Shown: in pieces, positions 54,385-64,000 of the stretch
Position numbering within the stretch: position 1 is the stretch's first letter
Layout: the number at the start of each line of letters is the position of its first letter
Source: Leucoraja erinacea
Taxonomy: Eukaryota
DNA: 64,000 nt
Direction of reading: 5' to 3'
Assembly: GCF_028641065.1 (NCBI RefSeq)
Contig: NC_073393.1
Coordinates: 21,266,001 to 21,330,000 of the forward strand
Program-made: the position numbers and the translations under genes
The notes under the pieces: generated by a model
Told to the model about the DNA's origin: nothing
Seen by the model: only the letters and a program-made list of their open reading frames with translations
The model's database searches: none

Positions 54385-57300
54385 GTGAGGGGAGGGGGAG
54401 AAGGGGTGGGGGTGGCAGAGTCCTATGGTCGTGTGTGTACCGTGTTTGTACGTTCTCCATGTCACGGCGTGGGTTTACTCTGGGCTCCAGTTTCCTGCAA
54501 CATCCCAAAGCCACGCGGCTTTGGAGGATGATTGTCTCTCTGTAAATCGCCTCTGGTGTGAAGGGAGTGGATGGGAAAGTGGGATAACGTAGAACTTTTG
54601 AGGAGCGTAGAGGCAGTCAGAACCTTTTTTCTAGGGTGCAAATGTCCAACACTTTAAGCTATGTCCAACTAGCTTTAAGGTGAGGGGGGGGGGGGTTAAG
54701 GAGAACATGAATAGGTGACAAGGTCACAACCCTGCCCGAAACGTCACCCATCCTCTTTCTTCAGAGATGCTGTCTGTGTCGCTGAGCTATTCCAGCATTT
54801 GGTGTGTACCTTGCTATTGTGTACAGCGCAAACATAGTGGCCGAATGGCCTGTTCCTGTGCTGTACTGCTCTAAGTTCTATGAGCAGACGGAGGCATTCC
54901 GAAGTTGCGAGCGATGCTTTAGAAAAGTCTTCCTTGCCTCCTGTCCCGTCCCCAGCCCGGACTTCCCCACATTTCAGACCCATTACTGCAACTCACTCAA
55001 TCTGGAAACCTGACCCTTTAATCGATTCCGTTAAAATTAGCCCTGAACCGTCTCCTGACACTGGGCAGAAAACAGCAAGGTCCGCTGGAGTTATTAATAG
55101 AACCCACAGCCTGAGATCAGGGTTTCCCCGCAAGTAGCTAGCTTGTCGAATCTGAATTGTAAATAATTAATGAACATCAAACATTACCTCTTCAGTCAGA
55201 CACAAACTGCTGGAGCAACTCAGCGGGTCAGGCAGCATCTCTGGAGAACTCCGGGTCGGAACATTCTTCTTCTGAAGAATGTCTGAAGGCGGGTCATGGC
55301 CTGAAACGCCGCCCATCCTTTTTCTCCATGTTGCCTGAGCCGCAGTTTGTGTCTTTATTTGAGTATAAAGCAGCGTCTGCTGTTCTTTGCTTTTACGGTC
55401 TCCAGCGATGGTGGAGGGAGGGGTGAGGCAGTCTCAGTCTCAGGTCTGGAGAAGCAGAGGGTAGAAGTGTAATGTTGCCTGTAATCGCCAGATCCCCAGG
55501 AGGTACGTTTGTATACTTGTGGAATAACATTGGGTTTGGTGAAGATGCAAATCTGGGCGTCAGTGAGAGGATGAAGGAGAATCTGAGAAATGTAGACAGA
55601 CGTGAGGGGGTGAAGACTGCAGTCGGGATAACACGTGGTCAGTTGCAACCATTTCTGTTAAATAGTGAGATTGAGGTAACTTGTCCCTCCTTGTATACTT
55701 CTCACCAAAACCTAGTGTGCAGATCTAGCAGGCAATTGGAGAGGCAGCAGTAGACACAACGTGCTGGAGTAACACAGTGGGTCAGGGTTGGGGTTTCAGC
55801 TGCCCGAGCGGAATGTGAGGTGCTGCTCCTCCAATTCGCGTGTGGTGGCGGCCTCACTCTAACAGTGGAGGAGGCCCAGGACAAAAAGGTCAGGACGGGG
55901 ATGGGAAGGGGAGTTAAAGCGATTAATAACTGGGAGATCCAGCAGGCCTTGGCAAGTGTTCAGCGAAATGGTCGCAAATTGGAAAGGCAACCTATACATT
56001 GTCCTTCAATGTCAAGGGGGTTTGAGCGAGGAGTGTGGGAGCAAGCGGGAGAGAGGGGGAGTGGGCAAGGGTTCAGGGCACAGGTTCGGTGTGGTGGGGA
56101 GTGTTCCACAGTGTTGCAGCACTCCGGTCTAAACACAATCTTCTTCCTTGCAGGGAATGCATTCGACAGGACAATCATGGTGGACGGGGAGGAAGCCAAT
56201 CTCCTGGTGTTTGACACGTGGGAACAGGTCAGTGCGCGAACCCCGTGGTACCGGTTTGTGCCGCCAGCCCAGTCCACCTCTGGGCACACGCTATTGTGTA
56301 CACACAAGTACACCCACTCGCTCTCAATCTCTCTCTCTTGCACTGTGTGTCTCACTTGCACCGGTTTGTAGGGAATGGAGGGATGTAGATCACGTGCGTA
56401 CAGATATGAGTTTAAATGGCATCATGTTTAGCATGGACATTGTGGGCCGAATGGCCTGTTCTTGTGCTGAACTAACTCAGCGGAACAGGCAGCATCTCTG
56501 AAAAGAAGGAGTGGGGGACGTTTTGGGTCGAGACCCTTCTTCAGACTGAAGGACCTCAGACTCCAGAAATGCTGCCGGTCCCGCTAGTTACTCCAGCATT
56601 TTGTGTCTATCTACAGTTCCTTCCGACACATTCCTGTGCTGAACTGTTTCTTTGTTGAGCCTAAAACGTGTCTCACACCTTTCTAGGACGAGAGCCACTG
56701 TATGGGTGAGCAGTGCATGAAGCTGGGCGATGCCTACATCATTGTGTACTCAGTGACGGACCGGGCCAGCTTTGAGAAGGCGTCGGAGCTGCGGATCCAG
56801 CTGAGGAGGGTACGGCAGTCCGAGGACATCCCCATCATCCTGGTCGGCAATAAGACCGACCTGGTCCGCAGTCGTGAGGTGTCCGTGGACGGTGAGTTCC
56901 CCGCACACCCCGGCGCTCCCTCTCAGTTTAATAGAGACACTGGCCATTCGGCCCATCGAGTCCATGCTGACCAGAGGGAACCCACCCGTTTTAACCCTGT
57001 CCCGTTGCCTTGTACACCTGAGCGATGGGGTCTGGTCCAGACACTACTTACAGCGGAAAGACAAAACGTGATTACAATCGAGCCACCCGCAGAGTACAGA
57101 TATAGGATAAAGGGAATAATGTTTAGTGCAAGATAAAGTCCAGTAAAGTCCGATTTAAAGATAGACCGAGGGTCTCCAATGCGGTAGATGGTGTCAGAAC
57201 TGCTACCAACACGGCAGTTGGTGATAGGATGGTTTCGTTGCCTGATACCAGTTGGGGGAAAATATCCCTAAATCTGGAGGTGTGCGTTTTCACACTTCGG

Positions 57301-57988
57301 TATCTCTTCTCCAATGGGAGAGGGGAGAGAGAGAGGAGCCGGGGTGAGACTAGTTTTGATTATGCTGGAGGCCTTGCCGAGGCAGTTCTTAAACAGTCGG
57401 TGGCTCTGCCTTCACCTCTCCTCCTAGCAGTGTGTTCCGGGTACTCGCGCCTCTCTAATCCCCCCCCCCCCCCCCCCCCCCAACCCCAAAGCCCCATCCT
57501 TCAGTTTATTCTATCTCTGATATGGGAGGCAGCCTCATGCTGTTGGGTTATAGGAGCAAAATTAGGCCGTTCAGCCCATCGAGTCTACTCCGCCACTCAA
57601 TCACGGCTGATCTATCTCAACCCCATTCTTCGCCTTCTCCTCCATAACCCCAAACACCCTTTAAAATCAAGAATTATGCGTTTTAATAATTTCCATACTG
57701 ATCAGGAATTAATATCCTGCGGTCTGCCCTGTCTGTCTGTGATGTCCGTCTGGATGTTGTCTACCCGCCTGCCATGTCTGTCTGGCATATCTGTCTGTCT
57801 GATAGAAACAAAACGCTGGAGTAATTCAGCGGGTCAGGCAGCTTCTCTGGAGAAGGTGGTATTCTGGGTGGCGACCCTTCTTCAGACATACCTATTCATT
57901 TTCTCCAGAGATGCTGTCTGACCCGCTGAGTTACTCCAGCTTTTTGTGTCTATCTTTGGTTGTAAACCAGCATCTGTAGTTCCTTGCT

Positions 57989-58026
<38 letters not shown>

Positions 58027-58353
58027 ATCTGTTGGCGATCTGTTGCTGACTGTGTGCTGTGCTGTGCTCCCCCAGAGGGCAGATCGTGTGCCGTGGTGTT
58101 CAACTGCAAGTTTATCGAGACGTCGGCGGCGCTGCAGCACCGGGTGCGGGAGCTGTTCGAGGGCATCACGCGGCAGATCCGCCTGCGCCGGGACAGCAAG
58201 GAGGACAATGAGCGGCGCCAGGCCAGTGGCCAGCGGCGGCAGAGTGTGGGCCAGAGGGCACGCCGCTTCCTCGGCCGCCTGGTTGCCAGGAACAACAAGA
58301 AGATGGCCTTCAGGCAGAAGTCCAAGTCCTGCCATGACCTGTCGGTGCTCTGA
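54066..58353 (+). CDS. RRAD: GTP-binding protein RAD (RGK-family small GTPase), 291 aa, 4 coding exons
   Basis: Exons 54066-54384, 56154-56227, 56687-56891 and 58076-58353 (876 nt, in frame). N-terminus MTLN...LHRRSMPVDEREL, P-loop GGRGVGKT, RGK-type DTWEQ, NKTD, ETSA, C-terminus KSKSCHDLSVL. Confidence 0.95.
56154..56227 (+). CDS. RRAD: RRAD coding exon 2
   Basis: GNAFDRTIMVDGEEANLLVFDTWEQ; cag/gtcag. Confidence 0.93.
56687..56891 (+). CDS. RRAD: RRAD coding exon 3
   Basis: DESHCMGEQCMKLGDAYIIVYSVTDRASFEKASELRIQLRR...NKTDLVRSREVSVD; tag/gtgag. Confidence 0.94.
58076..58353 (+). CDS. RRAD: RRAD coding exon 4 (stop)
   Basis: EGRSCAVVFNCKFIETSAALQH...KSKSCHDLSVL*. Confidence 0.95.
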
Positions 58354-58718
58354 CCGGCGACTGGTGCCCGCGGCCCTGCCTCTGACCTCTGACCCATCCA
58401 CAGCCCTGCTCTAACCTCTGACCCCTGACATGTACACAGCCTGGGTCTTTTTTTTTGTATAAACCAGTATCTGCGGTTCCTCGCACTGTTTCCATGTTAT
58501 CCCACTCTCTCACCCACTTCCCACACAGAGGCCAATTAACCTACAATCCCGTGCGTCTTTGCAGTGTGGGAGGAAACCGGATGACCCAGAGGAAACCCAC
58601 GTGGTCACAGGGAGAACGTGCAAACTTCACGCACAGCCAACACCCGAGGTCAGGATCGAACCTGGGCCTCTAGCACTGTGAGGCAGCGGCTCTACCACTG
58701 TGGTAGGGCTGTGGCGCT

Positions 58719-58751
<33 letters not shown>

Positions 58752-59100
58752 GGGGGCATTTGGGGACAGTGGATAATGTGAATAGACACAGACAGAGCCC
58801 AGACCCTGGTCTAGTGAATTGACCGACACGAGTTGTAGTCGGATCATCAGAGCTGTGCGTCTGTGCGAGTTTTCTGGAGTTATAGACGGAATACCAAAGA
58901 GGGGTCCATCGCATCCATCGACCCGTGAAGTGCGCAGGCTCGTACATCGCGGGCAACACTGGGTCATGTCTGGTCTTTGTGAATAACAGCGATAATGACA
59001 CCATCACCGCGGTTCACGGAGAAACCCACTCGTTTATTTCTTTCATATTATTGTATTCCAATGGTTTCCTAACTGTTTACATATCAATTTTTGTATTTAA

Positions 59101-59106
59101 AATAAA
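59101..59106 (+). terminator. RRAD: Putative RRAD polyadenylation signal
   Basis: AATAAA in an AU-rich stretch about 750 nt after the stop codon, followed by a GU/U-rich tract. Confidence 0.65.
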
Positions 59107-59149
59107 ATTTAATAAGTATTGCAATATGTGTGCTGATTTTTCACGTGTG

Positions 59150-59492
59150 TCGAAGATTGTTCCCGATGTTGGGGAAGTCCAGAACAAGGGGTCACAGTTT
59201 AAGGATAAGGGGGAAGTCTTTTCGGACCGAGATGAGAAAAACATTTTTCACACAGAGAGTGGTGAATCTCTGGAATTCTCTGCCACAGAAGGTAGTTGAG
59301 GCCAGTTCATTGGCTATATTTAAGAGGAAGTTAGATGTGACCCTTGTGGCTAAAGGGATCAGGGAGTATGGAGAGAAGGCAGGTACAGGATACCGAGTTG
59401 GATGATCAGCCATGATCATATTGAATGGCGGTGCAGGCTCGAAGGGCCGAATGGCCTACTCCTGCACCTATTCTCTATGTTTCTATGTTTCT
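59150..59492 (+). mobile_element. CR1 3' end just downstream of the RRAD poly(A) signal
   Basis: RLFPMLGKSRTRGHSLRIRG...WNSLP, TTTCTATG tail. Confidence 0.9.
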
Positions 59493-60990
59493 TTCAGTGG
59501 GAAGAACAATTATGTCACACTTGCTCCATATTGGAAACAGTCATTAAATCGGCGGCACAGAGTGTTGCAGCAGCATCTATGGAGCGAAGAATAGGCAACG
59601 TTAAAACCCTCTTCAGACGGCTCCCGTCCTATTTCACCGCTCCATAGATGCTGCTCACCCGCTAAGTTTCCCAGCTTTTCTCCCTTCGATTCGCCGTCTG
59701 CAGTCCCTCTTTAACATTAAATCGGCAGTGTTATCCCACAGACGTTAATCCAGCTCCCTCACACCATGCCTCAGTAACCCCTCTCTCCCAGCGCCGTGTC
59801 TGTATCTCGGCCAACGTTAATCTAGCTCCGTCAGTGACCCGTCTCTCCCAGCGCCCTGCGCAACTGACTGCATCCCCACCGGCGTCATCCAGTTTATGCG
59901 ATGAGTATCAGCCTTTTACAAAGTGCAGTCATGACTTGTCAAATCTGTCATTGAACACACAAGAGTACAACACAAGGACAGGCCCTTCGGCCCACAGTGT
60001 CCGTGTCGAACATGATGCCAAGTTTAATCTCATCTGCCTACCCCTTCCATTCGCTGTATATCCATGTACTATCCAAAAGTCTTCCAAACGCCACTATTAT
60101 ATCTGCCTCCACCACCACCCCCGGCAGCGTGTTCCATACCCCCATCTGTGTTTAAAAGGCTAAAAGATCAGGGCTAAAATACATTTGTATGTATACATGG
60201 ACAGGAGAGGTTTAGAGATCATCTAAACACCAGCACCATATCTGCCTCCACCACCAACCCGAGGCACCCACTGACCACTGTGTAAAAAATCTTGCCCCAC
60301 ACATCTCCTTGAAACTTTCCTCACTTCACCTGGAAGCTGTGCGTCGTAAAGCAGCCACGAGTTCCTGGGGGTTTATGGAGAGGCTGAACATAAAGCAGCA
60401 CTTCCCTTTTCATAGAAAATAATGACAGACATGGAGGGTGAAGTTGCCTCTGTTTGTGGGTATGAATGAGCTCTGATCCTCTCCTGTCCACCCTCTCCCT
60501 CTCCAACACTCTGTGCTTCTCTCTGTATCTCTGTTTCCATTTGCTGTTTGTGTTTCTGTCTTTCTCCCACACTCTTCCCCTTCACTTTTTCTATTTGAAC
60601 ACAAGTCGTGGGCTGATCAACCACGGCTGGGTCGCCTAGGTGAGGGTGTCTGATGTTGAAAGACCCGAAACACCCAATGACCCCAGATTACATCACTGGT
60701 GATGTGTCCAGGAGCATCAATAGATGTATTGTCACCAATCTCTTGGTTTCTTTGGCTTATTCTGTTCCATTCTTGTTCTCTCTATCTCCCCCTCTTTCTC
60801 CTGCACTCTCTCTTGCCCCTCTCTTCTCTCCATATCTCTCTGCCCCACACTCTTTCCTTTCACTTCCATCTCTCCCCTTTCCTCAGTCCACCCTCTCCCG
60901 CTTACCCCTTTCTCCCTCTCCCCTTCCTCTCTCCCTCCCTCTGCCCCTCTTCCTCTCCCCTCTCGGTCCCCGCTGCTCACCCCCCTCTCC

Positions 60991-61024
<34 letters not shown>

Positions 61025-61025
61025 G

Positions 61026-61073
<48 letters not shown>

Positions 61074-62044
61074 TCTCTCTGCCGCTCCCTCTCTTTCTCT
61101 CTCCACTGTTTGTTTATTTTTCTCTACTCGCCCCTATGTTGATGTGCTCACAGTGTGCACATTGGCTTCACTGGCCAACGTTTATTTCCCATCCCTTGGT
61201 GCCCTTGAGCAGCAGCAGCAGGACTCTGTCGGCTGCCGTCCGCGTGGCATCGGTGCCCACAGCTCGGCGTAGCTTTGGCACAGCAGTGACTGGGCGCGGC
61301 TGCCAGTTGCCCATGGTCCTGGGCCACAGACTCACGCACACCAAGAGGTGAGGAGGCTGTGGCAAACGGCATAATGTAGAGGGCAAACTCGTTACTCTGT
61401 CTAACTCTCTACGCTGGTGTCCTTGGCTCTCGCTCATGTTCTGTGTCTCCCCTTCTCGGGCCATCTCTCTCTCTCTCTGTCACTCTCTGACTATATCTGT
61501 CTCTGTCTCCCCCTCTGTTAGTCTCTCTCACTGTCTCTGTCATTCTGTCTCTCTCTCCGTCTGTCTCCCTCCCTCTCTGTCTCTCTCTCTGTCTGTCTCT
61601 GTCTCTCTCTGTCTCTCCATTGCTCTCAGTCTCTCCCTCTCGTTATCACCCACACTATCTATCTATTTTTTTTCTCTCTCTCGTTCCATTTATTTCCCAC
61701 ACTCCTTCCCTGTGTGTGTGTGTGTGTGTGTGTGTGTGGCTCAGTTTACCTCCACATTGTTGCCCCTCACTCCCCTCATTCTCCTCCATCTCTTACGATG
61801 CAAAGTTCAGGTCTGCTGACACGTCTTTTCCCTCCCTCCCCTCTCCTCCCCATGTCCATTCCTTCTCCCCTGTTTTATTCTCTCTGTGCCTGGATCCCCC
61901 CTTTGTATCCATTACCTCATGCCCCCCTCCCCCTCCCCCTCCCCCAACCCCCCCCCCCCCCCCCTGATTCTCTCTACTGGAAAATCAAAGATGTGTCAGC
62001 TGTGTGGGGTGTGAAATAATAAAATAAAGAACCAGTGTGGTGAC

Positions 62045-62134
62045 CACAGGATTGGTCTGGTCAATGATTAACGGCGAATTATAAGAAGGTTATAAGAAGG
62101 TTTTCACACAGTTGCTGGACTAACCGAGAGACAG
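62045..62134 (+). promoter_or_regulatory. HNF1-type promoter and short non-coding first exon (probably CDH16)
   Basis: Reverse CCAAT (ATTGG 62051), HNF1-like GTCAATGATTAAC (62060-62072), duplicated TTATAAGAAGG (62079-62100), strong donor CAG|gtaaga after 62134. The gene identity is inferred from synteny only. Confidence 0.55.
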
Positions 62135-64000
62135 GTAAGACTAGTTTGTCTGGGTGCTTTGTTGTTGATTACTTTAAGACCAAAACTAAAAGTGAGTGGA
62201 GGCGTGAAGAGTCGTTGGAGTGTAGCGGAACAGAGAGGGAACTGGAAAGTAGATAAAAATGCTGGAGAAACTCAGCGGGTGAGGCAGCATCTATGGAGCG
62301 AAGGAAATAGGTGAAGTTTTGGGTCGAGACCCTTCCTCACACCCTGGGAAGTGATCAGCCAACTGTACCTGTTCACCCTGACACACTTACAGCCCCTCGT
62401 GTACAGGGAAATCCTGACTGACGCACCATTATAACCAGTTTAGTTTAGTTTAGTATTGTCACGTGTACCGAGGTACAATTAAAAGTTATTTGTTTCGTGC
62501 TATCCAGTCAGCGGAAAGACATAGAAACATAGAAAATAGGCGCAGGAGTAGGCCATTCGGCCCTTCGAGCCTGCACCACCATTCAATATGATCATGGCTG
62601 ATCATCCAACTCAGTATCCTGTACCTGCCATCTCTCCATTACCTCTGATCCCTTTAGCGACACAGGATTGCAATCAAAATGTCCACAATGTACAGATACA
62701 GGGTAAAGGGAATAACGTTCAGTGCCAGTAAAGTCCAATTAAAGATAGTCCGAGGGTCTCCAATGAGGTAGATGGATGGTCAGGACCGCTCCCTACTTGG
62801 TGATAGGATGGTTCAGTTGCCTGATAACAGCTGGGAAGAAACTGCCCCTGAATCTGGAGGTGTGCGCTTTCACACTTCTGTACCTCTTGCCTGTTGGGAG
62901 AAAGGAACAGAGGGAGTCACCCAGGTGAGACCAGGGTGATTATGCTGGTGGTTTACACAAGGTTCACGTCTCATCTGCCAACATTTAGGGGAAATATTCA
63001 GAATCTTTGCACTAGAAACTTTGAAGTGAGGAGATTGTTTTCTCTGGAGCGTTGAAGGCTGACGGAAGACCTGGTAGATGTGTATAAAATTAAGAGAGGC
63101 ATAGATGGGGCAGACAGAATTTATTTTTCCCCATGGAGGAAATGTCAAGGACTAGAGGGGTCAGCGTCAAGGCCAGCAGAGGAAAGTGTAAAGGAGACGT
63201 GCGCGGCAAGTGTTTTACACAAAGGGCGGTGGTGGGTGCCTGGAACGTGCTGCCACGGATGGTGGTGGTGGTGGAGGCAGATATGATAATGGCATTTAAG
63301 ACATTTTTAGACAGGCACATGGATGTGCACGGAATTGAGGGATATGGAGCAGGTGAAGGCAGAGGGGAATAATCTAACTTGGCATCATGTTCGGCACGGA
63401 CATTGTGGGCCAAAGGGCCTGTTCCTGTGGTACTGTTTAATGAATAGTTATTGGAAGTATTTTTCTTCAATGCTACAGATCGGGAACAAGTTTACTTGGG
63501 GTTCCTTTACGATGAAAAAATAACCACGTGAGAGCAATTTTGTAGTTTACTGAAGCGGTTTTATAGTTTGCGTTACAGTTTGTGTTACAACCAAGGTCAC
63601 CCTGGATCCAAGTAATTTGTTGTGAAGCTATTTTGTTGCTGCAAGACTAAGTGGAAATAAAACTGAACAGGAAGGAAAATAAAGTGTAAATGGCTGGGAA
63701 TGGCTCAGATTAGAGAGAGAGGGGGGGGGGAGAAGTGAAACAAGAAGGGGTGAGAATGAGTAGAAAATGAAGAGATGAGAATGAAACATGAGCAGTGAGA
63801 GAACAAGTGAGATGGAGAGAGAGGGAGAGACAGAGGCATACTGACAGAGAGGGAGAATGAACAAGGAGACAGTAAGGAGGAAGAGTGAGGACAGAGGGAA
63901 GGCGAGATTGAAGGTCAAAGGAGAGGGAGAGAAGGTGGAAATGGAGAGAAAGAATGAACAAGAGGCTGACAGGTGGAGCAAGGGAGAACAGTACTAGGAG

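Overview
This is vertebrate genomic DNA, most likely from a cartilaginous fish such as a skate or ray; that is inferred from the abundant V-SINE/HE1-like SINEs and CR1/HER1-like LINE fragments. Three spliced genes could be rebuilt by hand with consistent exon phases. (1) A carboxylesterase (CES2/CES3-like, minus strand) with 11 coding exons over 27840-382; its 3' end lies off the window. (2) CIAO2B/FAM96B (minus, 5 exons, 158 aa), whose first intron is a U12-type AT-AC intron. (3) RRAD (plus, a non-coding exon 1 and 4 coding exons, 291 aa). An HNF1/CCAAT/TATA promoter with a short first exon near 62.1 kb is probably the start of CDH16, by synteny. The rest is mostly transposable elements, minisatellites and two assembly gaps. 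The main highlights are a 138-bp retroposon with target-site duplications (TSDs) whose 5' end folds as a minimal HDV/CPEB3-like ribozyme, and a very young Gypsy LTR element encoding an in-frame Gag-protease-integrase fusion with no RT/RNase H. Penelope-type minimal hammerhead motifs and several long hairpins are also present. All coordinates were read by eye, and repeat boundaries are approximate.
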